A DNA stretch of 64,000 bases from Dehalococcoidia bacterium (GTDB taxonomy: Bacteria; Chloroflexota; Dehalococcoidia; DSTF01; WHTK01), in the NCBI GenBank assembly GCA_965197795.1, contig OZ240228.1, positions 1,529,898 to 1,593,897 on the forward strand, written 5' to 3'. Numbering within the stretch: position 1 is the first letter of the stretch; the number at the start of each line of letters is the position of its first letter. Positions 28,707 to 38,360 of the stretch are shown in pieces. A program made the position numbers and the translations under genes. The notes beneath the pieces are model-generated. The model had not been told where the DNA came from. It did not search any database and saw nothing but the letters and a program-made list of their open reading frames with translations.

Positions 28707-29426
28707 TTAACCGACGCCTTTCAGCGTCGAATCCTCCGAGGCCTCCAGGTCGACAAGTGCGTTTTGTGCCGCCTCTCGTTCTGCTTCCTGCTTGCTGTGC
28801 CCGGTGCCCTGCGCCAGCGCGTTTCCCTGAACTTGAACCTCGACCGTGAACACTTTGCGGTGCTCCGGCCCCTCTTCGAACACGGTGCGATAGCTCGGTG
28901 CCCGCTGCCACTTGGCCTGCACCATCTCTTGCAGCCTCGACTTCGGATCGACGGGTGTTGGGCGTCCTTCCAGGTTGATCTCATCGCCGATCGCGTCGAA
29001 GATGAAGCGCCGCGACTCGGTCAGGCCGCGGTCAATCGCAATCGCGCCGACGACGGCCTCGAACAGACTCGCGAGGTTTTGGGCCCGCTCGCGTCCTCCC
29101 GCACCCTCTTCTCCGTGTCCCAGCAGCAGGAAGTCACCGAGGCCCTTAACCCGTGCGAACTGCGCCAAGCTGTCACGGCGTACCAGGTAGCCACGCCATT
29201 CGGTGAGGTCGCCTTCTTGACACTCCGGACAGTCGCGAAACAGTCGCTCCGCGACCACGTAGCTGAGCACGGCGTCGCCGAAAAACTCCAAGCGTTCGTT
29301 TGATTCTATGTCCGGTGAAGGGTTCTCGTTGAGGTACGAGCGATGCACGAAGGCCTGGTGCAGTGTTTGCGGCTTCTTGAACTTGACGCCGATGCGCTGC
29401 TCCACCTCCTGGACGAAGTCGATCAT
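28707..29426 (-). CDS. rnc: ribonuclease III
   Basis: ERLEFFGDAVL signature plus a dsRBD C-terminus. Confidence 0.95.
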   Translation of the reverse strand: MIDFVQEVEQRIGVKFKKPQTLHQAFVHRSYLNENPSPDIESNERLEFFGDAVLSYVVAERLFRDCPECQEGDLTEWRGYLVRRDSLAQFARVKGLGDFLLLGHGEEGAGGRERAQNLASLFEAVVGAIAIDRGLTESRRFIFDAIGDEINLEGRPTPVDPKSRLQEMVQAKWQRAPSYRTVFEEGPEHRKVFTVEVQVQGNALAQGTGHSKQEAEREAAQNALVDLEASEDSTLKGVG

Positions 29427-29704
29427 CGGCCGGCGCTCCGGCCCGAGAACGAGGCAGTTTCACGGCAGGCCATGATGGACTTCCGGAGATGCATTTGGGG
29501 GAGTTTTCTGGGGGTGCTGGTCACCCGATTTCCTCCAAACAAGGGAGGGGCACCTCTCCGACATCGGTGGTAGCCTGAGGGGCATAAAGCCCCGCCCATC
29601 GGCAGGGAAGCGCCCGCCAGGCCCAAAACAGCCTCGATGATAGGCGTGGCGCCAATAGAGTGTCAAGATAATCATAGTAAAACGAGTAGGCGGTATAGCA
29701 ATAA

Positions 29705-30982
29705 ATGGCCGAGTCCGCGCAAGGCGCTGAGCTCCTTTCCCGGCTGCACCGGCAACTCAAGCCTGCGGCGCGCGACGCACTCACCGCAATCGAGCAGGCC
29801 TGCGTGGACGAGGGCGCCCGCCTCTATCTGGTGTGCGGCACGCTGCGCGATCTGGTGCTGCAGCGCGAACCACTCGACGTCGACCTCGCTGTCGAGGGTG
29901 CAGACGCCCCGTCCATAGCTCAACGCGTCGGCAACCAGATCGACGGCCACGTCGTGCTACACCGGCGCTTCGGCACTGCCAAGCTCTCCAGCCGTGACCT
30001 CCAGTTTGATATCGCCGGCACCCGCCGCGAGACCTACCCCCACCCCGGTTCCTTGCCCCAGGTTCAGCCGGCAACGCTGGCCCAGGATCTGACCCGCCGC
30101 GACTTCGCGATTAACGCCTTCGCCATGCAACTCGCGCCGGAGCCGGGAGACGTCATCGACCCCTTCCGGGCCGTCGACGATCTGCGCGGCGGTCTGATCC
30201 GAGTCCTGCACGAGCGCAGCTTCCAGGATGACGCGACGCGGATGCTGCGGGGCGTCCGTTACGCGACACGCTTCGGTTTCAAGCTGCAGCGCGACACCGA
30301 GGCGCTGCTGCGCCGCGACCTGCCGTATCTCAGACGCGTCAGCGGCCCCCGACTGCGCCGTGACCTGGCGCTCCTGTTTCAAGAGCCGGACGCCGTCGAA
30401 AGCGTCCGGCTGGCGCAGCGCCTCGGCATCCTCGAGGCGATTCATCCGGCACTCGGCCTGCGCGAAGACGTGGCCCGGCGTTGGGCCGACGCGCTGCGCG
30501 GGCGCCACGAAGCCCCGCTGGACGAGACCGGCTTCTGCGTTACCGCCGATCCTCGCGACGAGGGCACCGCGGCCTCTGTAACGAAGTGGCTCCACCTTGC
30601 GGGCCGCGTCGAACGCGCCCTGAATCATCTCGTGCGTCTGCGCGAGCTGTCGTCTAAGCTGACGGAGGCAGCGGCATCACCCGCCGCCGCGGTCGAGCTG
30701 CTGGAGCACCACACGCCGTCCGCTATCTGGGCCTTCTCGATCCTGGACGGCGGCAAGGCCGGTGACGTCTGCCGCGAGTACCTCTCGCGCTGGCGTCACG
30801 TGCGTCCGCTGCTCGACGGCGACGACCTGCTGGCGCTGGGTGTGACGCCAGGCGTCGCGGTGGGCGAGATGCTGAAACAACTGCACAGGGCGCAGCTACA
30901 GGTGAACGGCATGACAAGAGACCAGGAAATCGAGCTCGTCCGCGCCGCGCTTCCCGCTAGAGGTGTAACCCATGCCGACTAG
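29705..30982 (+). CDS. cca: CCA-adding tRNA nucleotidyltransferase / poly(A) polymerase family
   Basis: LYLVCGTLRDLVL...DVDLAV head domain; RRDFAINAFA. Confidence 0.85.
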   Translation: MAESAQGAELLSRLHRQLKPAARDALTAIEQACVDEGARLYLVCGTLRDLVLQREPLDVDLAVEGADAPSIAQRVGNQIDGHVVLHRRFGTAKLSSRDLQFDIAGTRRETYPHPGSLPQVQPATLAQDLTRRDFAINAFAMQLAPEPGDVIDPFRAVDDLRGGLIRVLHERSFQDDATRMLRGVRYATRFGFKLQRDTEALLRRDLPYLRRVSGPRLRRDLALLFQEPDAVESVRLAQRLGILEAIHPALGLREDVARRWADALRGRHEAPLDETGFCVTADPRDEGTAASVTKWLHLAGRVERALNHLVRLRELSSKLTEAAASPAAAVELLEHHTPSAIWAFSILDGGKAGDVCREYLSRWRHVRPLLDGDDLLALGVTPGVAVGEMLKQLHRAQLQVNGMTRDQEIELVRAALPARGVTHAD

Positions 30983-31298
30983 GAAGCGCCGGGACAAGGA
31001 GCCACCGCGCGACTTCGACTTCTTCCGTTACGAGGTCTGGTTCGCTATCGCAATCGGCTCACTGATCGCAATCGTGCTCTCGCTGTTCGTCTGGCCTGTC
31101 GTGCTGCTCGTCTCGACTCTCGGCGTCTCCTGGGGTTTGACGCACCTGCTCGGGCGCTGGATGTTGCGCGGCCGGCTCGATCGCCGTCAGCGGCGCGAAA
31201 ACGAGGATGAGCAGGAACGGCGCGCCCTCGCCAACCGCGAAGCCGCCTCGTTGGGCAACGAGCAGGCCTCACGGCGTCGTCACCGCCGCCGCCGCTAA
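30972..31298 (+). CDS. small membrane protein (2 TM), hypothetical
   Basis: ORF overlapping the cca stop. Two hydrophobic helices and an Arg/Glu-rich tail. Confidence 0.4.
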   Translation: MPTRKRRDKEPPRDFDFFRYEVWFAIAIGSLIAIVLSLFVWPVVLLVSTLGVSWGLTHLLGRWMLRGRLDRRQRRENEDEQERRALANREAASLGNEQASRRRHRRRR

Positions 31299-31828
31299 TG
31301 AAGTCGGAGCCGTCTGGATCCTTTTGTCTTATCGTCTTGATCCAACTCGTCATTTAACTCGAAAAAGTCCATTGAGGGCAGGCGCCTAATCACTTCGAAC
31401 GCGGCAATTGCAACGCGCTCCAAACTTTCCACCCAGAAAAGTAGGCTCACGAAAAACAACGCGATTATTGGCGGAAGAGTTAATAGCGTGAGAACTATGT
31501 CCCCAGTGCTTCCTCCTGGTGCCCCTTTTCCGAGGACAAGAATATAGGCGCCCCAACTGAGTAGCGCTGGGACGAGGATCGCAATCCCCATCATTACCAA
31601 CGCTGAAACGGCTAGAAGTATCCAGCGAGTTGGAATAAGGGCGAAGGAGACTGGCCTTGCCGTTAACCTCACTAAATCACCCGCGTCCGCTAGCTTGTTA
31701 GCTATGACTGCTGAGAGAAGATGGCGGCTCTTGAAGCGCCCCTTTTCATCAAACACTAAATAACGCCTTCCAGTTTGTTTCCGACATGTCAACCATCCCG
31801 CCCCGCATACAACCAGATTAGCACGCAT
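31295..31828 (-). CDS. hypothetical membrane protein in low-GC islet
   Basis: 177-aa ORF with 3 TM helices. Local GC ~50% against ~67% background. Confidence 0.5.
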   Translation of the reverse strand: MRANLVVCGAGWLTCRKQTGRRYLVFDEKGRFKSRHLLSAVIANKLADAGDLVRLTARPVSFALIPTRWILLAVSALVMMGIAILVPALLSWGAYILVLGKGAPGGSTGDIVLTLLTLPPIIALFFVSLLFWVESLERVAIAAFEVIRRLPSMDFFELNDELDQDDKTKGSRRLRLH

Positions 31829-31922
31829 GTGCCTACCACGAATACGAATGCCTCGCCAATTAGGAACCCTCCGAAGTTCTGGTCTGTCCCAAGAACGAAG
31901 CTAGCTATCACACCCCCACCAA

Positions 31923-32114
31923 TCAAGGTCCCGAATGTGATACCGAGCAGTCCTCTGGCCTCCTTCGCAGTGATAGGGTGTTGTTTACCACCAGCCCTCG
32001 GGTGAGGCTGAATGAGACGGCAAGCGCGACGGTACCTACGATTGCGCCAGCTGCGATCGAACCCGCAAAAGGGACGTAATGCATGCTGAGGCGACAGTCT
32101 ACCGAAAGATACAT
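31923..32114 (-). CDS. possible small membrane protein (63 aa) in low-GC islet
   Basis: One TM helix (FAGSIAAGAIVGTVALAVSFSL). Lies between the M20 peptidase gene and 31295..31828. Weak. Confidence 0.25.
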   Translation of the reverse strand: MYLSVDCRLSMHYVPFAGSIAAGAIVGTVALAVSFSLTRGLVVNNTLSLRRRPEDCSVSHSGP

Positions 32115-32148
32115 CCTAAGGTCTATCTCGTACGTTTATCTCGAATGG

Positions 32149-33513
32149 TTATGTTGCGTGCACGCTGAACCGGTACAGGATCGCCGCGATGTGCTTCGTG
32201 CCGCGGCGGAAGTCCTCGATGCGTATATGCTCGTCCGGCGCGTGGTCACGGCCGCCGACGTAGTTGATCCCCGCCATCACCGTCGGCAGGTTGAGGTCGT
32301 GCACGAAGTGATACATCGGACCCGTGGCCGCCATACTCGGCACGATGTACGCCTCACGCCCGTAGACGTCGCGGGCCGCCGTCTGCGCTATGTCGACGAA
32401 CGGATCGTCCATGGCGCTGCGGGCCGGCTTCTCCATCGACGAGCGCTGGATCTGCACGTCCTCGAAACCGAGCCGATCGAGGTGCGTCCGTAGCTTGGCG
32501 ATGATGTCCTCCGGGTCCTGCTGATCCACGAGCCGAAAGTCGAGTTTCGCCGAGGCGCGCGCCGGCAACACCGTCTTCGTGCCCTCGCCCTGGTAGCCCG
32601 AGGTCAGGCCGTTGATCGTCGCCGTCGGCTCGAAGATGTGCCGCCGTCGGTAGTCGACGTCTTTCACGCCGAGCACTGCGGCGTGCAGCCCGAGGCTGGC
32701 AAGGAACTCCGTGCCCTCGTCCGGCAGGATACGCAGCGTCGCCAGCTCTTCCTCGGTCGGGTCCTTTACGTCGTCGTAGAAGCCGTCGATCAAAATGCGC
32801 TCGTCCGGCGCCTTGATCCCCGCCAGTGCCCACGCCAGGCGCCACGCCGGGTTGGGCACGACGGTGCCGAAGGACGAATGCACGTCGCGGTTCGCGCCGC
32901 CGACGCTGAGGTCGACGCAGAGCAGACCCTTGGCGCCCAGCATCAGCGTCGGGCTGCCGTCCCACAGCGCGTAGCCCCACTCCCAAACGCAGGCGTCTGC
33001 CGCCAGCAAGTCGCGGTGCCGATGCACGAACGGCGCGATCTGGGGGCTGCCGATCTCCTCGTCACCCTCGATGCAGAACTTGATCTGGCACGGCAGCTCG
33101 CCGAAGACCTGCTTCAGCGCCCGGATCGCCAGCATGCGCGAGACGATGTTGCCCTTGTCGTCCGAGACGCCGCGCCCATAGAGCTCGTCGCCGCGGCGCT
33201 GCGGCTCGAACGGAGCGGAGGTCCACTCGTCCAGCGGATCAGGCGGCTGGACGTCGTAGTGGTTGTAGAACAACAAGCGCCGCGGGCTCTTGCCGGCGTG
33301 CTCGGCGTAGACCACCGGGAACGCACCGTCCTGCTTCGGCAGTACCTGGGCGGTGAGCCCTTCCGCTTCAAGCAGACGCACCGTGTGCTGCGCCGTCTCC
33401 TCGATAGCACTGCCGTGGGCGCTGACGGTCGGCAGCTTGCAGTACTCGACCACGTCCTCCAGCGCGCGTTCCAGGTTGTCGTCTATGTAGCGAAAAACGT
33501 CCTCGAGGCTCAC
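32149..33513 (-). CDS. M20 family peptidase (ArgE/DapE/CPG2-like dipeptidase)
   Basis: LLFYNHYDVQP, GRGVSDDKGNI, dimerisation-domain pattern. Confidence 0.85.
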   Translation of the reverse strand: MSLEDVFRYIDDNLERALEDVVEYCKLPTVSAHGSAIEETAQHTVRLLEAEGLTAQVLPKQDGAFPVVYAEHAGKSPRRLLFYNHYDVQPPDPLDEWTSAPFEPQRRGDELYGRGVSDDKGNIVSRMLAIRALKQVFGELPCQIKFCIEGDEEIGSPQIAPFVHRHRDLLAADACVWEWGYALWDGSPTLMLGAKGLLCVDLSVGGANRDVHSSFGTVVPNPAWRLAWALAGIKAPDERILIDGFYDDVKDPTEEELATLRILPDEGTEFLASLGLHAAVLGVKDVDYRRRHIFEPTATINGLTSGYQGEGTKTVLPARASAKLDFRLVDQQDPEDIIAKLRTHLDRLGFEDVQIQRSSMEKPARSAMDDPFVDIAQTAARDVYGREAYIVPSMAATGPMYHFVHDLNLPTVMAGINYVGGRDHAPDEHIRIEDFRRGTKHIAAILYRFSVHAT

Positions 33514-33553
33514 GCAGGCATCATGGCAGACACATCGGTGCTTGTCGCCTACC

Positions 33554-34054
33554 TTACTCGCTATCTCGCAGCATCCAGATGCCCCGCACCGGCTCAGGCG
33601 AAAGCCCGACGAGCGCGCCGGGCGAATTCGGCGTCGTCAGCGGCCGGAAGCCCAGGCGCAGCCAGAAATACACCGCCAGCCCGCGGCCATCGGGTACCGG
33701 TGCGTACACCTTCGAGACACCCTCGCTCCTGAGCTCGGCGTCCAGCGCCAGTCCAGCCTCGCCGCCAAGACCGCGGAACCGCCTCTTAGGCTCGATGGCC
33801 AGAAAGGGTACGGTGGCGCTATGCGCGCTGGGCACGTCCCGCAGGACGACGGCCACGCCGATCGCGATGCCTTGCGAGTCGCTGATCAGCACCCCGTTTC
33901 CGCCCGCCACCGCGGCTTCGACGTCGAATGGCGACCACTCCGACGCGAGCGCCGTCTCGAGCCACGGCATGCCTGTGAGCTCGCCTTCGGTCAGCGGGCC
34001 GAGGCGTACCCTTGACGCTTCAATCGTGTTGCCTGCGGGGAGGCTCCCTGTCAT
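33554..34054 (-). CDS. GNAT family N-acetyltransferase
   Basis: GNAT motif A-like (RFRGLGGEAGLA...) with typical size. Confidence 0.7.
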   Translation of the reverse strand: MTGSLPAGNTIEASRVRLGPLTEGELTGMPWLETALASEWSPFDVEAAVAGGNGVLISDSQGIAIGVAVVLRDVPSAHSATVPFLAIEPKRRFRGLGGEAGLALDAELRSEGVSKVYAPVPDGRGLAVYFWLRLGFRPLTTPNSPGALVGLSPEPVRGIWMLRDSE

Positions 34055-34110
34055 GATTCGCGCCCTTCGACAAGCTCAGGACGAACGGCAGGCAGAGCGA
34101 CTCGTCGCCT

Positions 34111-34163
34111 GAACCCGTTCATGGTGAGCCTGTCGAACCCGTTCATGGTGAGCCTGTCGAACC
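34111..34163. repeat. 24-bp tandem duplication (2.2 copies) at the 3' end of the dinG-like gene
   Basis: GAACCCGTTCATGGTGAGCCTGTC occurs at 34111-34134 and 34135-34158, followed by a partial GAACC. The second copy encodes the last 7 codons and the TGA stop; the first copy lies just downstream. Confidence 0.9.
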
Positions 34164-36965
34164 ATGCTGCGTCAGCCATGCTTCGACCGCTCCCGCGACC
34201 TCGCGCGAAGCCAGGTCTCTCAGGGTGCAGCGCGGCAGCGAACGCAGGAAGGTGTCGCCGTAGGCCCGCGCCCGCAAACGCCGGTCGAGCACCAGCAGGA
34301 CGCCACGGTCGGTCTTACTGCGGATTAGCCGGCCGAAGCCCTGGCGGAAGCGCAGGATTGCGTTCGGTACCGCGTACTGCTCGAAGGGCTCGTCGTACAG
34401 CGCCGACCGGGCCTGGTAGATTGGGTCGGACGGCACTGCGAACGGCAGACGGGCGATGACCAGCAAGGACAACGCTTCGCCGATCACGTCCACGCCTTCC
34501 CAGAACGAGGCCGTGCCCAGCAACACGGTGCGCGGGTTCTCGCGCAAAGCAGTCAGCATCTGCCGCGGCGATCCATCGATGCCGTGGCCGAGCACCAGGA
34601 TTCCTTCGGCTTCCAACGGCGCCTTGATCGCCTCGTAGACACCGTTCAGCGCCCCGTAAGACGTGAACAGCACCAGCGCCCGTCCCTGGCTGGCGCGAAA
34701 GGTCTCGATCAGAAGCTCACCGACGCTGGCGACGAATTCACCGTGGTTCGGGTCCGGCAGGTCGGCGGGCAGCGCGATCATCGTCGACGCCTCGAAATCG
34801 AAGGGCGAGCCGAGCAGCAGTTCATCCGCGTCGTCGATGCCGACGCGCTCGCGCAAGAAATCGAAGCGGTCGTCGGTGCTCAGCGTGGCGCTGGTCAGGA
34901 TCACGCTGTCCTTCGTCTCGAAAAGCTCTCGCCGCAGAACCTCGGCCACCTCCAGCGGCGCCGTGTGCAGCGCTACGTCACCAGAGCGCCGCTCACGTTC
35001 CAGCCAGCAGATCAGCGAAGCGTCTTCCTCCAGCAAGGCGTGCGACCAACCAAACTGCAGCTCAGCTCCCATCTGGCAGAGGTCTGCCGTTTCCGACGCG
35101 ATTGCGTCCTGTTCCAGCAGGCCTTGATCGCCCAGCTCGAGCATGCCGCGCACGTCCTGCAGCAACGCCATCAGGTCGGTCATCGCCGCGTCCAGGTTCT
35201 CAGCCGATATCTCGAGGTCCGACCAGACCCGTTGCACCCGCGTCGATCGAGTCACGAGCAAGCGCCCGTCGCCCGCATCACGATCGTCCGGGCCGCATTC
35301 GGCCAGCACCCGTCCCAGCAAGCCGTACGGCTCGCTCAGCCTGGCGCGCACTCGTGCCGTCGCGGTCACAAGCGAGGCGGAGACGCCCGCCATGTACGCC
35401 CCCGGCGCCAGCAGGTCCCCGGCGCCGCCACGCGACGCCTCGTTGATCGAGCCGGCCAGGCCTGACGCCCTCTCGCCGGTCCGGCGTCCGATGCGGTCCA
35501 GGAAGTCGTTGAAGTCGGCCTCCGTGGCCGAGAAGGCGAGTCGCGAGGTCGCTTCGTCCTCCAGATTGTGTGCTTCGTCGATGATCAGGCGCTGATAGGG
35601 CGGTATCACGTGCCCGCTGGTCGCGATGTCCGAAAGAAGCAGCGCGTGGTTAACCACGAGCACGTGAGCGGCGTCGGCCCGCTTGCGTGCGCGATACAGG
35701 AAGCAGGTCCCGTTCTTCACGAACGGGCAGGCCGTCTGCAGGCAGGCCGTGTTCTCAGCCGTCATTCGCGACCAGGCGCCGTCCAGGTTGGAATGCAGGT
35801 TCAGCTCTGCCCGGTCGCCCGTTTGGGTCCGTTGCAGCCAGACCAGCAGCCGCGCCATGAGCCGCGCCTCGTCCTTGTCGGCGGGGGCGGCGTGTCGCAG
35901 CGCCGACCAGCGCTGCAAACAGAGGTAGTTGCGCCGTCCCTTTAGCGACGCGACGCGAAGCGGCTCCGATTCGACGCCCGCGAGCAGCTCCTTGACCGCC
36001 GGCAGATCCTTTTCGATCAATTGCTCCTGCAGCCCGATAGTATCGGTGGAAATGACGACGCGTTCACCGCTTCGGATTGCCTGTAGCGCGGCGGGCAGCA
36101 GATACGCCAGCGATTTGCCGGTGCCCGTCCCTGCCTCCACGAGCAGGTGGTTGCCCTGGGTCAGCGCCCGGTTTACCGCTACGGCCATCTTCTCCTGCTC
36201 CGGCCGCTGCTCGAAGTCTGCGAAGTGCCGCGAAAGCCCCCCGGCCTGCCGCAGCAACTCGATGACCTCAGCTTCCTGCACCGCGCCGCTGCCGCCACCG
36301 CTGAGCGGCTTGCCGGGCTCCTCGGGCATGGTCAGCAGCTGGGATACCAATCCCGATTCCGCCTCGATGCCCGCGGGCCGTTCCTCCAGGACTTCGGCCG
36401 CCAGCGAAGCCAGCGGCCACTCAGCGGCTGTCGCGAGCCGTTGTACTTCGTCAAGCAGCCAGGTAGGAAGCTCGGCGAGTCGGCGGCGCAGGGCCAGAAA
36501 CACGGAACGGGTCGCGTCGGCGTCTGCATAAGCGCGATGCCGCACCGGGAAGTCGACTTCGAGATGCTCCGCGATGCCGCGCAAGCTGTAATCGTGCAGA
36601 CCTGCGAGCAGCAGTTGAGCCAGGTCGTGCGTGTCGTACTGCGCGCCGGGTACCCAGACGCCGGCGCGCGCCAGGAACGTCGTATCAAACTCGATATTCT
36701 GGCCCACGACAGGGCTGTCGCCGACAAACGCTGCAATCTCGGACGCCACAGCAGCGAAGTGCGACGCGTGCGTCAACTCGGCGGCCTGAATGCCAGTCAA
36801 TCGCTCCACGCGGTACGGCGGCGGGTGGACCGGCTGGACCAGCGTGCGGTACTCATCGAGCACGCCTTGGCAGTCGAAGGCGATCGCCGCGACCTCGATG
36901 ATCTCGTCGCTCTCCGGGTCAAGCCCTGTGGTCTCGGTGTCGATGGCGACGTAGCGGGTTGTCAC
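34143..36965 (-). CDS. dinG: bifunctional DnaQ-like 3'-5' exonuclease / DinG-family ATP-dependent helicase
   Basis: N-terminal exonuclease motif (AIDTETTGLDPESDEIIEVAAI). Helicase core with DEAH (IIDEAHNLED) and C-terminal helicase motifs. Confidence 0.9.
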   Translation of the reverse strand: MTTRYVAIDTETTGLDPESDEIIEVAAIAFDCQGVLDEYRTLVQPVHPPPYRVERLTGIQAAELTHASHFAAVASEIAAFVGDSPVVGQNIEFDTTFLARAGVWVPGAQYDTHDLAQLLLAGLHDYSLRGIAEHLEVDFPVRHRAYADADATRSVFLALRRRLAELPTWLLDEVQRLATAAEWPLASLAAEVLEERPAGIEAESGLVSQLLTMPEEPGKPLSGGGSGAVQEAEVIELLRQAGGLSRHFADFEQRPEQEKMAVAVNRALTQGNHLLVEAGTGTGKSLAYLLPAALQAIRSGERVVISTDTIGLQEQLIEKDLPAVKELLAGVESEPLRVASLKGRRNYLCLQRWSALRHAAPADKDEARLMARLLVWLQRTQTGDRAELNLHSNLDGAWSRMTAENTACLQTACPFVKNGTCFLYRARKRADAAHVLVVNHALLLSDIATSGHVIPPYQRLIIDEAHNLEDEATSRLAFSATEADFNDFLDRIGRRTGERASGLAGSINEASRGGAGDLLAPGAYMAGVSASLVTATARVRARLSEPYGLLGRVLAECGPDDRDAGDGRLLVTRSTRVQRVWSDLEISAENLDAAMTDLMALLQDVRGMLELGDQGLLEQDAIASETADLCQMGAELQFGWSHALLEEDASLICWLERERRSGDVALHTAPLEVAEVLRRELFETKDSVILTSATLSTDDRFDFLRERVGIDDADELLLGSPFDFEASTMIALPADLPDPNHGEFVASVGELLIETFRASQGRALVLFTSYGALNGVYEAIKAPLEAEGILVLGHGIDGSPRQMLTALRENPRTVLLGTASFWEGVDVIGEALSLLVIARLPFAVPSDPIYQARSALYDEPFEQYAVPNAILRFRQGFGRLIRSKTDRGVLLVLDRRLRARAYGDTFLRSLPRCTLRDLASREVAGAVEAWLTQHGSTGSP

Positions 36966-37039
36966 CGTGCCTCCGGGGGTGTCGAACAGATGCGCGGATC
37001 GTACAGGAACCGGTCAGCACGGACAAGGAACCCGAGTCG

Positions 37040-37465
37040 CTAGGAGTCGAACGAGCTCCATTGCGCCAGGTACGGCGTGAGCCAGCCGAAGACCAGGATC
37101 GCCAGCAGGATGCCAGGCAGAGTGACGCGTCTTAGCGACGGCAGCAGCACGACCAGCGGCGCCCCCAGCGCCACGAACATCCCGGCGACGAACAACGTGT
37201 ACTGTGCGTTGAGGCTCCCCAGTGCCTCGCCGGCGCCCCGCATTCCCAGCAGGACGAGTCCGAGGAGCAACCCCACGCCGGTCCAGAACAGCGCCAGCGC
37301 GCCGTGCAGGATCAGGCTCATCGAGACCGCGCTGGCACCCTCGGGCAAGAGTCGCGCCATCAAAGCGCTCTCCATCCGCAGCCTGACCAGCCAGACCGAC
37401 AGCAGCGGCGTCGTAATCACGGCCATGGCGTAGCCGGTCACGAAACCCGCGAACACCTCGGCCAC
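37040..37465 (-). CDS. hypothetical membrane protein (4 TM)
   Basis: ORF downstream of ispE. Start tentatively the GTG 2 nt after the ispE stop (or the ATG at 37426). The ORF-track start overlaps ispE. Confidence 0.4.
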   Translation of the reverse strand: MAEVFAGFVTGYAMAVITTPLLSVWLVRLRMESALMARLLPEGASAVSMSLILHGALALFWTGVGLLLGLVLLGMRGAGEALGSLNAQYTLFVAGMFVALGAPLVVLLPSLRRVTLPGILLAILVFGWLTPYLAQWSSFDS

Positions 37466-37466
37466 G

Positions 37467-38360
37467 CTAGCGCTCCAGCATGGCGACAGAAGCCCTGCGG
37501 CCCAACGTGCGGCAGGCGACCGCCCGCACGCTCCAGTCGCGCTCGAGCTCCTGTAGCAGCGGCGGCGGCAGGGCACCGACGGCGGCCGGTGTGAAGAATC
37601 CGGGACCGCTGCCTGCGGCGAACACTGCGAGGTTCTGCTCGCGACACAGCGCCATCGCCGAAGCTACCTGCGGCGCCAGCTCACCGACGTGCCGGTCGAA
37701 GGCGTTGTACAGGTCGTGCTGCCTCAGCGGCAGGCTGCGGCGCAGGCTCTCGGCCGCCAGCCGCGCCTTGCGGCCATCCGTGAAATCAGCCGGGCTCAGC
37801 ATGCCGTACATCTGCCGCGTCTTGTCCTCCAGCTGCATGCTGGTCATGAATAGCGTCAGGTCCAGTGCCTCGACGTCCGGCAGCGGCTCAATCAGTTCAC
37901 CTCGCCCGCCGGCGACCGCTGTGCCGCCGTGCAAGAAAAACGTCACGTCCGAGCCTACTGCCGCCGCTACCTCACCCAGCGCTTCTGGCGCCAGGTCCAG
38001 GTTCCAAAGCCGATTCAAACCGCGCAGGACGGCCGCCGCATCAGTGCTGCCGCCGCCCAGCCCCATGCCAGCCGGGATCTGCTTCTCCAGCTCGATGCGT
38101 ACGCCCAGGCTGGGATTTCCGGCCGCCTCGGCCAGCGCGTGCGCCGCGCCGAACGCCAGGTTGCGTGGGCCTTCCAGCGGCACACCGCTGCGCGCCTCAC
38201 CTGATACGTCTATCTCGATCGACGAGGCCGGCTCCAGACGCACCGTATCCGCCAGGTCGATAGTCTGCATGACGGAAGCGATGTCGTGGTATCCGTCCAC
38301 GCGCTGCCCCGTCACTTCGAGCACGAAATTCAGCTTCGCGGGTGCGATCAGCTCCAGCAT
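37467..38360 (-). CDS. ispE: 4-diphosphocytidyl-2-C-methyl-D-erythritol kinase
   Basis: PAKLNFVLEVTGQRVDGYHDI...IPAGMGLGGGSTDAAA (GHMP kinase). Start at MLELIAPAKLN; TGATG overlap with the ksgA stop. Confidence 0.85.
   Translation of the reverse strand: MLELIAPAKLNFVLEVTGQRVDGYHDIASVMQTIDLADTVRLEPASSIEIDVSGEARSGVPLEGPRNLAFGAAHALAEAAGNPSLGVRIELEKQIPAGMGLGGGSTDAAAVLRGLNRLWNLDLAPEALGEVAAAVGSDVTFFLHGGTAVAGGRGELIEPLPDVEALDLTLFMTSMQLEDKTRQMYGMLSPADFTDGRKARLAAESLRRSLPLRQHDLYNAFDRHVGELAPQVASAMALCREQNLAVFAAGSGPGFFTPAAVGALPPPLLQELERDWSVRAVACRTLGRRASVAMLER

Noticed and set aside
29427-29704. 278-bp divergent rnc/cca intergenic region as an sRNA locus
   Set aside because: It contains a GGGGC-ataaa-GCCCC hairpin and AT-rich promoter-like sequence but no recognisable RNA-family motif such as 6S, SRP, RNase P or tmRNA signatures. 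Most simply explained as two divergent promoters.
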